This document shows, piece after piece, positions 12,434-26,000 of a DNA stretch of 64,000 nucleotides. Source of the stretch: Eledone cirrhosa (Eukaryota); contig OZ024741.1 in NCBI GenBank assembly GCA_964016885.1, positions 250,046,001 through 250,110,000 of the forward strand. The letters are read 5' to 3'. Numbering within the stretch: the stretch's first letter is position 1; each line of letters begins with the position of its first letter. Under the pieces are notes generated by a model. It did not search any database, was not told the origin of the DNA, and saw nothing but the letters and a program-made list of their open reading frames with translations. Both the position numbers and the translations under genes were made by a program.

Positions 12434-13691
12434 GGGGAGATAATTTGTAAAAAAATCAGGGGGAGATAATTTGTAAAAAAAAAATCAGGGGGAGATAATT
12501 TGTAAAAAAATCAGGGGGAGATAATTTGTAAAAAAAAAATCAGGGGGAGATAATTTGTAAAAAAAATCAGGGGGAGATAATTTGTAGAAAAAATCAGGGG
12601 TAGATAATTTGTAAAAAAAATCAGGGGGAGATAATTTGTAAAAAAAATCAGGGGGAGATAATTTGTAAAAGAAATCAGGGGTAGATAATTTTCAGTCGTC
12701 CAAGGGGAGATAATTTCCATCCTTCCAAGGGGAGATAATTTCCAGCCGTCCAAGGGGAGATAATTTCCCGCCAGCCAAGGAGAGATAACATTTAAAAAAA
12801 TCAGGCGGAGATAATTTGTAAAAAAAATCAGGGGGAGATAATTTGTAAAAAAATCAGGGGGAGATAATTTGTAAAAAAAATCAGGGGTAGATAATTTCCA
12901 GCCGTCCAAGGGGAGATAATTTCCATCCTTCCAAGGGGAGATAATTTCCAGCCGTCCAAGGGGAGATAATTTCCCGCCAGCCAAGGAGAGATAATATTTA
13001 AAAAAATCAGGCGGAGATAATTTGTAAAAAAAATCAGGGGGAGATAATTTGTAAAAAAATCAGGGGGAGATAATTTGTAAAAAAAAATCAGGGGGAGATA
13101 ATTTGTAAAAAAAATCAGGGGGAGATAATTTGTAAAAAAAATCAGGGGTAGATAATTTGTAAAAAAAAATCAGGGGGAGATAATTTGTAAAAAAAAAATC
13201 AGGGGGAGATAATTTGTAAAAAAATCAAGGTGAGATAATTTCCAGCCGTCCAAGGGGAGATAATTTTCAGCCGTCCAAGGAGAGGTAATTGCTAGCCGTC
13301 CAAGGGGAGATAATTTCCAGCCGTCCAAGGGGAGATAATTTTTTTAAAAAAATCAGGCGGAGATAATTTGTAAACAAAAATCAGGGGGAGATAATTTGTA
13401 AAAAAAAATCAGGGGGAGATAATTTGTAAAAAAAAATCAGGGGGAGATAATTTGTAAAAAAAATCAAGGGGAGATAATTTCCAGCCGTCCAAGGGGAGGT
13501 AATATCTAGCCATCCAAGGGGAGATAATTTCCAGCCGTCCAAGGGGAGATAATTTCCAGCCGTCCAAGGGGAGATAATATCCAGCCGTCCAAGGAGACAT
13601 ATTTTCCAGCCGTCCAAGGAGAGGTAATTTCTAGCCGTCCAAGGGGAGATAAGTTCCAGCCTCCAAGGGGAGATAATTTCCAGCCAGCCAA
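12434..13691. repeat. Representative complete 1,258-bp higher-order repeat, 48 monomers (A9-B4-A4-B4-A9-B4-A5-B9)
   Basis: Monomers counted by eye in this copy. Equivalent landmarks are spaced 1258 (12433/13691), 1256 (19628/20884), 1257 (20884/22141) and 1258 bp (48781/50039). Confidence 0.92.
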
Positions 13692-16600
13692 GGGGAGATA
13701 ATTTGTAAAAAAATCAGGGGGAGATAATTTGTAAAAAAAAATCAGGGGGAGATAATTTGTAAAAAAATCAGGGGGAGATAATTTGTAAAAAAAAAATCAG
13801 GGGGAGATAATTTGTAAAAAAAATCAGGGGGAGATAATTTGTAAAAAAATCAGGGGTAGATAATTTGTAAAAAAAATCAGGGGGAGATAATTTGTAAAAA
13901 AAATCAGGGGGAGATAATTTGTAAAAAAAATCAGGGGTAGATAATTTTCAGCCGTCCAAGGGGAGATAATTTCCATCCTTCCAAGGGGAGATAATTTCCA
14001 GCCGTCCAAGGGGAGATAATTTCCCGCCAGCCAAGGAGAGATAACATTTAAAAAAATCAGGCGGAGATAATTTGTAAAAAAATCAGGGGGAGATAATTTG
14101 TAAAAAAAATCAGGGGGAGATAATTTGTAAAAAAAATCAGGGGGAGATAATTTGTAAAAAAAAATCAGGGGTAGATAATTTGTAAAAAAAAATCAGGGGG
14201 AGATAATTTGTAAAAAAAAATCAGGGGGAGATAATTTGTAAAAAAATCAAGGGGAGATAATTTCCAGCCGTCCAAGGGGAGATAATTTCCAGCCGTCCAA
14301 GGGGAGGTAATATCTAGCCATCCAAGGGGAGATAATTTCCAGCCGTCCAAGGGGAGATAATTTCCAGCCGTCCAAGGGGAGATAATATCCAGCCGTCCAA
14401 GGAGACATATTTTCCAGCCGTCCAAGGAGACGTAATTTCTAGCCGTCCAAGGGGAGATAAGTTCCAGCCTCCAAGGGGAGATAATTTCCAGCCAGCCAAG
14501 GGGAGATAATTTGTAAAAAAATCAGGGGAGATAATTTGTAAAAAAAATCAGGGGGAGATAATTTGTAAAAAAAAATCAGGGGTAGATAATTTGTAAAAAA
14601 AATCAGGGGGAGATAATTTGTAAAAAAAAAATCAGGGGGAGATAATTTGTAAAAAAATCAAGGGGAGATAATTTCCAACCGTCCAAGGGGAGATAATTTT
14701 CAGCCGTCCAAGGAGGTAATTTCTAGCCGTCCAAGGGGAGATAATTTCCAGCCGTCCAAGGGGAGATAATTTTTTTAAAAAAATCAGGCGGAGATAATTT
14801 GTAAACAAAAATCAGGGGGAGATAATTTGTAAAAAAAAATCAGGGGGAGATAATTTGTAAAAAAAATCAGGGGGAGATAATTTGTAAAAAAAATCAAGGG
14901 GAGATAATTTCCAGCCGTCCAAGGGGAGGTAATATCTAGCCATCCAAAGGGAGATAATTTCCAGCCGTCCAAGGGGAGATAATTTCCAGCCGTCCAAGGG
15001 GAGATAATATCCAGCCGTCCAAGGAGACATATTTTCCAGCCGTCCAAGGAGAGGTAATTTCTAGCCGTCCAAGGGGAGATAAGTTCCAGCCTCCAAGGGG
15101 AGATAATTTCCAGCCAGCCAAGGGGAGATAATTTGTAAAAAAATCAGGGGGAGATAATTTGTAAAAAAAAAATCAGGGGGAGATAATTTGTAAAAAAATC
15201 AGGGGGAGATAATTTGTAAAAAAAAAATCAGGGGGAGATAATTTGTAAAAAAAATCAGGGGGAGATAATTTGTAGAAAAAATCAGGGGTAGATAATTTGT
15301 AAAAAAAATCAGGGGGAGATAATTTGTAAAAAAAATCAGGGGGAGATAATTTGTAAAAAAAATCAGGGGTAGATAATTTTCAGCCGTCCAAGGGGAGATA
15401 ATTTCCATCCTTCCAAGGGGAGATAATTTCCAGCCGTCCAAGGGGAGATAATTTCCCGCCAGCCAAGGAGAGATAACATTTAAAAAAATCAGGCGGAGAT
15501 AATTTGTAAAAAAAATCAGGGGGAGATAATTTGTAAAAAAATCAGGGGGAGATAATTTGTAAAAAAAAATCAGGGGTAGATAATTTCCAGCCGTCCAAGG
15601 GGAGATAATTTCCATCCTTCCAAGGGGAGATAATTTCCAGCCGTCCAAGGGGAGATAATTTCCCGCCAGCCAAGGAGAGATAATATTTAAAAAAATCAGG
15701 CGGAGATAATTTGTAAAAAAAATCAGGGGGAGATAATTTGTAAAAAAATCAGGGGGAGATAATTTGTAAAAAAAAATCAGGGGAGATAATTTGTAAAAAA
15801 AATCAGGGGGAGATAATTTGTAAAAAAAAATCAGGGGTAGATAATTTGTAAAAAAAAATCAGGGGGAGATAATTTGTAAAAAAAAAATCAGGGGGAGATA
15901 ATTTGTAAAAAAATCAAGGGGAGATAATTTCCAGCCGTCCAAGGGGAGATAATTTTCAGCCGTCCAAGGAGGTAATTTCTAGCCGTCCAAGGGGAGATAA
16001 TTTCCAGCCGTCCAAGGGGAGATAATTTTTTTAAAAAAATCAGGCGGAGATAATTTGTAAACAAAAATCAGGGGGAGATAATTTGTAAAAAAAAATCAGG
16101 GGGAGATAATTTGTAAAAAAAAATCAGGGGGAGATAATTTGTAAAAAAAATCAAGGGGAGATAATTTCCAGCCGTCCAAGGGGAGGTAATATCTAGCCAT
16201 CCAAGGGGAGATAATTTCCAGCCGTCCAAGGGGAGATAATTTCCAGCCGTCAAAGGGGAGATAATATCCAGCCGTCCAAGGAGACATATTTTCCAGCCGT
16301 CCAAGGAGAGGTAATTTCTAGCCGTCCAAGGGGAGATAAGTTCCAGCCTCCAAGGGGAGATAATTTCCAGCCAGCCAAGGGGAGATAATTTGTAAAAAAA
16401 TCAGGGGGAGATAATTTGTAAAAAAAAATCAGGGGGAGATAATTTGTAAAAAAATCAGGGGGAGATAATTTGTAAAAAAAAAATCAGGGGGAGATAATTT
16501 GTAAAAAAAATCAGGGGGAGATAATTTGTAGAAAAAATCAGGGGTAGATAATTTGTAAAAAAAATCAGGGGGAGATAATTTGTAAAAAAAATCAGGGGGA

Positions 16601-19600
16601 GATAATTTGTAAAAAAAATCAGGGGTAGATAATTTTCAGCCGTCCAAGGGGAGATAATTTCCATCCTTCCAAGGGGAGATAATTTCCAGCCGTCCAAGGG
16701 GAGATAATTTCCCGCCAGCCAAGGAGAGATAACATTTAAAAAAATCAGGCGGAGATAATTTGTAAAAAAAATCAGGGGGAGATAATTTGTAAAAAAATCA
16801 GGGGGAGATAATTTGTAAAAAAAATCAGGGGTAGATAATTTCCAGCCGTCCAAGGGGAGATAATTTCCATCCTTCCAAGGGGAGATAATTTCCAGCCGTC
16901 CAAGGGGAGATAATTTCCCGCCAGCCAAGGAGAGATAATATTTAAAAAAATCAGGCGGAGATAATTTGTAAAAAAAATCAGGGGGAGATAATTTGTAAAC
17001 AAAAATCAGGGGGAGATAATTTGTAAAAAAAATCAGGCGGAGATAATTTGTAAACAAAAATCAGGGGGAGATAATTTGTAAAAAAAAATCAGGGGGAGAT
17101 AATTTGTAAAAAAAAATCAGGGGGAGATAATTTGTAAAAAAAAATCAAGGGGAGATAATTTCCAGCCGTCCAAGGGGAGGTAATATCTAGCCATCCAAGG
17201 GGAGATAATTTCCAGCCGTCCAAGGGGAGATAATTTCCAGCCGTCCAAGGGGAGATAATATCCAGCCGTCCAAGGAGACATATTTTCCAGCCGTCCAAGG
17301 AGAGGTAATTTCTAGCCGTCCAAGGGGAGATAAGTTCCTGCCTCCAAGGGGAGATAATTTCCAGCCAGCCAAGGGGAGATAATTTGTAAAAAAATCAGGG
17401 GGAGATAATTTGTAAAAAAAAAATCAGGGGGAGATAATTTGTAAAAAAATCAGGGTGAGATAATTTGTAAAAAAAAAATCAGGGGGAGATAATTTGTAAA
17501 AAAAATCAGGGGGAGATAATTTGTAGAAAAAATCAGGGGTAGATAATTTGTAAAAAAAATCAGGGGGAGATAATTTATAAAAAAAATCAGGGGGAGATAA
17601 TTTGTAAAAAAAATCAGGGGTAGATAATTTTCAGCCGTCCAAGGGGAGATAATTTCCATCCTTCCAAGGGGAGATAATTTCCAGCCGTCCAAGGGGAGAT
17701 AATTTCCCGCCAGCCAAGGAGAGATAACATTTAAAAAAATCAGGCGGAGATAATTTGTAAAAAAAATCAGGGGGAGATAATTTGTAAAAAAATCAGGGGG
17801 AGATAATTTGTAAAAAAAATCAGGGGTAGATAATTTCCAGCCGTCCAAGGGGAGATAATTTCCATCCTTCCAAGGGGAGATAATTTCCAGCCGTCCAAGG
17901 GGAGGTAATATCTAGCCATCCAAGGGGAGATAATTTCCAGCCGTCCAAGGGGAGATAATTTCCAGCCGTCCAAGGGGAGATAATATCCAGCCGTCCAAGG
18001 AGACATATTTTCCAGCCGTCCAAGGAGACGTAATTTCTAGCCGTCCAAGGGGAGATAAGTTCCAGCCTCCAAGGGGAGATAATTTCCAGCCAGCCAAGGG
18101 GAGATAATTTGTAAAAAAATTAGGGGGAGATAATTTGTAAATAAAAATTAGGGGGAGATAATTTGTAAAAAAAAATCAGGGGGAGATAATTTGTAAAAAA
18201 AATCAAGGGGAGATAATTTCCAGCCGTCCAAGGGGAGATAATTTTCAGCCGTCCAAGGAGAGGTAAATTCTAGCCGTCCAAGGAGATATAATTTCCAGCC
18301 GTCCAAGGGGAGATAATTTCCAGCCGTCCAAGGGGAGATAATTTAAAAAAAAAAATCAGGCGGAGATAATTTGTAAACAAAAATCAGGGGGAGATAATTT
18401 TTAAAAAAAAATCAGGGGGAGATAATTTGTAAAAAAAAATCAGGGGGAGATAATTTGTAAAAAAATTCAAGGGGAGATAATTTCCAGCCATCCAAGGGGA
18501 GGTAATATCTAGCCATCCAAGGGGAGATAATTTCCAGCCGTCCAAGGGGAGATAATTTCCAGCCGTCCAAGGGGAGATAATATCCAGCCGTCCAAGGAGA
18601 CATATTTTCCAGCCGTCCAAGGAGAGGTAATTTCTAGCCGTCCAAGGGGAGATAAGTTCCAGCCTCCAAGGGGAGATAATTTCCAGCTAGCCAAGGGGAG
18701 ATAATTTGTAAAAAAATCAGGGGGGAGATAATTTGTAAAAAAAATCAGGGGGAGATAATTTGAAAAAAATATCAAGGGGAGATAATTTCCAGCCCTCCAA
18801 GGGGCTATAATTTCCAGCCGTGCAAGGGGAGATAATTTCCAGCCGTCCAAGGGGAGATAATTTCCATCCTTCCAAGGGGAGATAATTTCCAGCCGTCCAA
18901 GGGGAGATAATTTCCCGCCAGCCAAGGGAAGATAATTTTTTAAAAAATCAGGCGGAGATTGTAAAAAAAATCAGGGGGAGATAATTTGTAAAAAAATCAG
19001 GGGGAGATAATTTGTAAAAAAAAAATCAGGGGGAGATAATTTGTAAAAAAAAATCAGGGGGAGCTAATTTGTAAAAAAAATCAGGGGGAGATAATTTGTA
19101 AAAAAAAATCAGGGGGAGATAATTTGTAAAAAAAAAATCAGGGGGAGATAATTTGTAAAAAAATCAAGGGGAGATAATTTCCAGCCGTCCAAGGGGAGAT
19201 AATTTTCAGCCGTCCAAGGAGGTAATTTCTAGCCGTCCAAGGGGAGATAATTTCCAGCCGTCCAAGGGGAGATAATTTTTTTAAAAAAATCAGGCGGAGA
19301 TAATTTGTAAACAAAAATCAGGGGGAGATAATTTGTAAAAAAAAATCAGGGGGAGATAATTTGTAAAAAAAAATCAGGGGTAGATAATTTGTAAAAAAAA
19401 TCAAGGGGAGATAATTTCCAGCCGTCCAAGGGGAGGTAATATCTAGCCATCCAAGGGGAGATAATTTCCAGCCGTCCAAGGGGAGATAATTTCCAGCCGT
19501 CCAAGGGGAGATAATATCCAGCCGTCCAAGGAGACATATTTTCCAGCCGTCCAAGGAGAGGTAATTTCTAGCCGTCCAAGGGGAGATAAGTTCCAGCCTC

Positions 19601-22600
19601 CAAGGGGAGATAATTTCCAGCCAGCCAAGGGGAGATAATTTGTAAAAAAATCAGGGGGAGATAATTTGTAAAAAAAATCAGGGGGAGATAATTTGTAAAA
19701 AAATCAGGGGGAGATAATTTCTAAAAAAAAAATCAGGGGGAGATAATTTGTAAAAAAAATCAGGGGGAGATAATTTGTAGAAAAAATCAGGGGTAGATAA
19801 TTTGTAAAAAAAATCAGGGGGAGATAATTTGTAAAAAAAATCAGGGGGAGATAATTTGTAAAAAAAATCAGGGGTAGATAATTTTCAGCCGTCCAAGGGG
19901 AGATAATTTCCATCCTTCCAAGGGGAGATAATTTCCAGCCGTCCAAGGGGAGATAATTTCCCGCCAGCCAAGGAGAGATAACATTTAAAAAAATCAGGCG
20001 GAGATAATTTGTAAAAAAAATCAGGGGGAGATAATTTATAAAAAAATCAGGGGGAGATAATTTGTAAAAAAAATCAGGGGTAGATAATTTCCAGCCGTCC
20101 AAGGGGAGATAATTTCCATCCTTCCAAGGGGAGATAATTTCCAGCCGTCCAAGGGGAGATAATTTCCCGCCAGCCAAGGAGAGATAATATTTAAAAAAAT
20201 CAGGCGGAGATAATTTGTAAAAAAAATCAGGGGGAGATAATTTGTAAAAAAATCAGGGGGAGATAATTTGTAAAAAAAAATCAGGGGGAGATAATTTGTA
20301 AAAAAAATCAGGGGGAGAAAATTTGTAAAAAAAATCAGGGGTAGATAATTTGTAAAAAAAAATCAGGGGGAGATAATTTGTAAAAAAAAAATCAGGGGGA
20401 GATAATTTGTAAAAAAATCAAGGGGAGATAATTTCCAGCCGTCCAAGGGGAGATAATTTTCAGCCGTCCAAGGAGAGGTAATTTCTAGCCGTCCAAGGGG
20501 AGATAATTTCCAGCCGTCCAAGGGGAGATAATTTTTTTAAAAAAATCAGGCGGAGATAATTTGTAAACAAAAATCAGGGGGAGATAGTTTGTAAAAAAAA
20601 ATCAGGGGGAGATAATTTGTTAAAAAAAATCAGGGGGAGATAATTTGTAAAAAAAATCAAGGGGAGATAATTTCCAGCCGTCCAAGGGGAGGTAATATCT
20701 AGCCATCCAAGGGGAGATAATTTCCAGCCGTCCAAGGGGAGATAATTTCCAGCCGTCCAAGGGGAGATAATATCCAGCCGTCCAAGGAGACATATTTTCC
20801 AGCCGTCCAAGGAGAGGTAATTTCTAGCCGTCCAAGGGGAGATAAGTTCCTGCCTCCAAGGGGAGATAATTTCCAGCCAGCCAAGGGGAGATAATTTGTA
20901 AAAAAATCAGGGGGAGATAATTTGTAAAAAAAAAATCAGGGGGAGATAATTTGTAAAAAAATCAGGGGGAGATAATTTGTAAAAAAAAAATCAGGGGGAG
21001 ATAATTTGTAAAAAAAATCAGGGGGAGATAATTTGTAGAAAAAATCAGGGGTAGATAATTTGTAAAAAAAATCAGGGGGAGATAATTTGTAAAAAAAATC
21101 AGGGGGAGATAATTTGTAAAAAAAATCAGGGGTAGATAATTTTCAGCCGTCCAAGGGGAGATAATTTCCATCCTTCCAAGGGGAGATAATTTCCAGCCGT
21201 CCAAGGGGAGATAATTTCCCGCCAGCCAAGGAGAGATAACATTTAAAAAAATCAGGCGGAGATAATTTGTAAATAAAATCAGGGGGAGATAATTTGTAAA
21301 AAAATCAGGGGGAGATAATTTGTAAAAAAAATCAGGGGTAGATAATTTCCAGCCGTCCAAGGGGAGATAATTTCCATCCTTCCAAGGGGAGATAATTTCC
21401 AGCCGTCCAAGGGGAGATAATTTCCCGCCAGCCAAGGAGAGATAATATTTAAAAAAATCAGGCGGAGATAATTTGTAAAAAAAATCAGGGGGAGATAATT
21501 TGTAAAAAAATCAGGGGGAGATAATTTGTAAAAAAAAATCAGGGGTAGGTAATTTGTAAAAAAAATCAGGGGGAGATAATTTGTAAAAAAAATCAGGGGT
21601 AGATAATTTGTAAAAAAAAATCAGGGGGAGATAATTTGTAAAAAAAAAATCAGGGGGAGATAATTTGTAAAAAAATCAAGGTGAGATAATTTCCAGCCGT
21701 CCAAGGGGAGATAATTTTCAGCCTTCCAAGGAGAGGTAATTTCTAGCCGTCCAAGGGGAGATAATTTCCAGCCGTCCAAGGGGAGATAATTTTTTAAAAA
21801 AATCAGGCGGAGATAATTTGTAAACAAAAATCAGGGGGAGATAATTTGTAAAAAAAAATCAGGGGGAGATAATTTGTAAAAAAAAATCAGGGGGAGATAA
21901 TTTGTAAAAAAAATCAAGGGGAGATAATTTCCAGCCGTCCAAGGGGAGGTAATATCTAGCCATCCAAGGGGAGATAATTTCCAGCCGTCCAAGGGGAGAT
22001 AATTTCCAGCCGTCCAAGGGGAGATAATATCCAGCCGTCCAAGGAGACATATTTTCCAGCCGTCCAAGGATAGGTAATTTCTAGCCGTCCAAGGGGAGAT
22101 AAGTTCCAGCCTCCAAGGGGAGATAATTTCCAGCCAGCCAAGGGGAGATAATTTGTAAAAAAATCAGGGGGAGATAATTTGTAAAAAAAAAATCAGGGGG
22201 AGATAATTTGTAAAAAAATCAGGGGGAGATAATTTGTAAAAAAAAAATCAGGGGGAGATAATTTGTAAAAAAAATCAGGGGGAGATAATTTGTAAAAAAA
22301 ATCAGGGGTAGATAATTTGTAAAAAAAATCAGGGGGAGATAATTTGTAAAAAAAATCAGGAGATAATTTGTAAAAAAAATCAGGGGTAGATAATTTTCAG
22401 CCGTCCAAGGGGAGATAATTTCCATCCTTCCAAGGGGAGATAATTTCCAGCCGTCCAAGGGGAGATAATTTCCCGCCAGCCAAGGAGAGATAACATTTAA
22501 AAAAATCAGGCGGAGATAATTTGTAAAAAAATCAGGGGGAGATAATTTGTAAAAAAAAATCAGGGGGAGATAATTTGTAAAAAAAAATCAGGGGGTGATA

Positions 22601-23099
22601 ATTTGTAAAAAAAAATCAGGGGGAGATAATTTGTAAAATAATCAAGGGGAGATAATTTCCAGCCGTCCAAGGGGAGATAATTTTCAGCCGTCCAAGGAGA
22701 GGTAATTTCTAGCCGTCCAAGGGGAGATAATTTCCAGCCGTCCAAGGGGAGATAATTTTTAAAAAAAAATCAGGCGGAGATAATTTGTAAACAAAAATCA
22801 GGGGGAGATAATTTGTAAAAAAAAATCAGGGGGAGATAATTTGTAAAAAAAATCAAGGGGAGATAATTTCCAGCCGTCCAAGGGGAGGTAATATCTAGCC
22901 ATCCAAGGGGAGATAATTTCCAGCCGTCCAAGGGGAGATAATTTCCAGCCGTCCAAGGGGAGATAATATCCAGCCGTCCAAGGAGACATATTTTCCAGCC
23001 GTCCAAGGAGACGTAATTTCTAGCCGTCCAAGGGGAGATAAGTTCCAGCCTCCAAGGGGAGATAATTTCCAGCCAGCCAAGGGGAGATAATTTGTAAAA

Positions 23100-26000
23100 A
23101 AATTAGGGGGAGATAATTTGTAAAAAAAAATCAGGGGGAGATAATTTGTAAAAAAAAATCAGGGGGAGATAATTTGTAAAAAATATCAAGGGGAGATAAT
23201 TTCCAGCCCTCCAAGGGGCTATAATTTCCAGCCGTGCAAGGGGAGATAATTTCCAGCCGTCCAAGGGGAGATAATTTCCATCCTTCCAAGGGGAGATAAT
23301 TTCCAGCCGTCCAAGGGGAGATAATTTCCCGCCAGCCAAGGGAAGATAATTTTTTAAAAAATCAGGCGGAGATTGTAAAAAAAATCAGGGGGAGATAATT
23401 TGTAAAAAAATCAGGGGGAGATAATTTGTAAAAAAAAAATCAGGGGGAGATAATTTGTAAAAAAAAATCAGGGGGAGATAATTTGTAAAAAAAATCAGGG
23501 GGAGATAATTTGTAAAAAAAATCAGGGGTAGATAATTTGTAAAAAAAATCAGGGGGAGATAATTTGTAAAAAAAATCAGGGGGAGATAATTTGTAAAAAA
23601 AATCAGGGGTAGATAATTTTCAGCCGTCCAAGGGGAGATAATTTCCATCCTTCCAAGGGGAGATAATTTCCAGCCGTCCAAGGGGAGATAATTTCCCGCC
23701 AGCCAAGGAGAGATAATATTTAAAAAAATCAGGCGGAGATAATTTGTAAAAAAAATCAGGGGGAGATAATTTGTAAAAAAATCAGGGGGAGATAATTTGT
23801 AAAAAAAAATCAGGGGGAGATAATTTGTAAAAAAAAATCAGGGGGAGATAATTTGTAAAAAAAAATCAGGGGTAGATAATTTGTAAAAAAAAATCAGGGT
23901 GAGATAATTTGTAAAAGAAAAATCAGGGGGAGATAATTTGTAAAAAAATCAAGGGGAGATAATTTCCAGCCGTCCAAGGGGAGATAATTTTCAGCCGTCC
24001 AAGGAGAGGTAATTTCTAGCCGTCCAAGGGGAGATAATTTCCAGCCGTCCAAGGGGAGATAATTTTTTTTAAAAAATCAGGCGGAGATAATTTGTAAACA
24101 AAAATCAGGGGGAGATAATTTGTAAAAAAAAATCAGGGGGAGATAATTTGTAAAAAAAAATCAGGGGGAGATAATTTGTAAAAAAAATCAAGGGGAGATA
24201 ATTTGTCAAAAAAAATCAGGGGTAGATAATTTGTAAAAAAAAATCAGGGGAGATAATTTGTAAAAAAAAAATCAGGGGGAGATAATTTGTAAAAAAATCA
24301 AGGGGAGATAATTTCCAGCCGTCCAAGGGGAGATAATTTTCAGCCGTCCAAGGAGAGGTAATTTCTAGCCGTCCAAGGGGAGATAATTTCCAGCCAGCCA
24401 AGGGGAGATAATTTGTAAAAAAATCAGGGGTAGATAATTTGTAAAAAAAAATCAGGGGGAGATAATTTGTAAAAAAAATCAGGGGGAGATAATTTGTAAA
24501 AAAAATCAGGGGTAGATAATTTCCAGCCGTCCAAGGGGAGATAATTTCCATCCTTCCAAGGGGAGATAATTTCCAGCCGTCCAAGGGGAGATAATTTCCC
24601 GCCAGCCAAGGAGAGATAACATTTGAAAAAATCAGGCGGAGATAATTTGTAAAAAAAATCAGGGGGAGATAATTTGTAAAAAAATCAGGGGGAGATAATT
24701 TGTAAAAAAAATCAGGGGTAGATAATTTCCAGCCGTCCAAGGGGAGATAATTTCCATCCTTCCAAGGGGAGATAATTTCCAGCCGTCCAAGGGGAGATAA
24801 TTTCCCGCCAGCCAAGGAGAGATAATATTTAAAAAAATCAGGCGGAGATAATTTGTAAAAAAAATCAGGGGGAGATAATTTGTAAAAAAATCAGGGGGAG
24901 ATAATTTGTGAAAAAAAATCAGGGGAGATAATTTGTAAAAAAAATCAGGGGGAGATAATTTGTAAAAAAAAATCAGGGGTAGATAATTTGTAAAAAAAAA
25001 TCAGGGGGAGATAATTTGTAAAAAAAAAATCAGGGGGAGATAATTTGTAAAAAAATCAAGGGCAGATAATTTCCAGCCGTCCAAGGGGAGATAATTTTCA
25101 GCCGTCCAAGGAGGTAATTTCTAGCCGTCCAAGGGGAGATAATTTCCAGCCGTCCAAGGGGAGATAATTTTTTTAAAAAAATCAGGCGGAGATAATTTGT
25201 AAACAAAAATCAGGGGGAGATAATTTGTAAAAAAAAATCAGGGGGAGATAATTTGTAAAAAAAAATCAGGGGGAGATAATTTGTAAAAAAAAATCAAGGG
25301 GAGATAATTTCCAGCCGTCCAAGGGGAGGTAATATCTAGCCATCCAAGGGGAGATAATTTCCAGCCGTCCAAGGGGAGATAATTTCCAGCCGTCCAAGGG
25401 GAGATAATATCCAGCCGTCCAAGGAGACATATTTTCCAGCCGTCCAAGGAGAGGTAATTTCTAGCCGTCCAAGGGGAGATAAGTTCCAGCCTCCAAGGGG
25501 AGATAATTTCCAGCCAGCCAAGGGGAGATAATTTGTAAAAAAATCAGGGGGAGATAATTTGTAAAAAAAAAATCAGGGGCAGATAATTTGTAAAAAAATC
25601 AGGGGGAGATAATTTGTAAAAAAAATCAGGGGGAGATAATTTGTAGAAAAAATCAGGGGTAGATAATTTTCAGCCGTCCAAGGGGAGATAATTTCCATCC
25701 TTCCAAGGGGAGATAATTTCCAGCCGTCCAAGGGGAGATAATTTCCCGCCAGCCAAGGAGAGATAACATTTAAAAAAATCAGGCGGAGATAATTTGTAAA
25801 AAAAATCAGGGGGAGATAATTTGTAAAAAAATCAGGGGGAGATAATTTGTAAAAAAAATCAGGGGTAGATAATTTCCAGCCGTCCAAGGGGAGATAATTT
25901 CCATCCTTCCAAGGGGAGATAATTTCCAGCCGTCCAAGGGGAGATAATTTCCCGCCAGCCAAGGAGAGATAATATTTAAAAAAATCAGGCGGAGATAATT

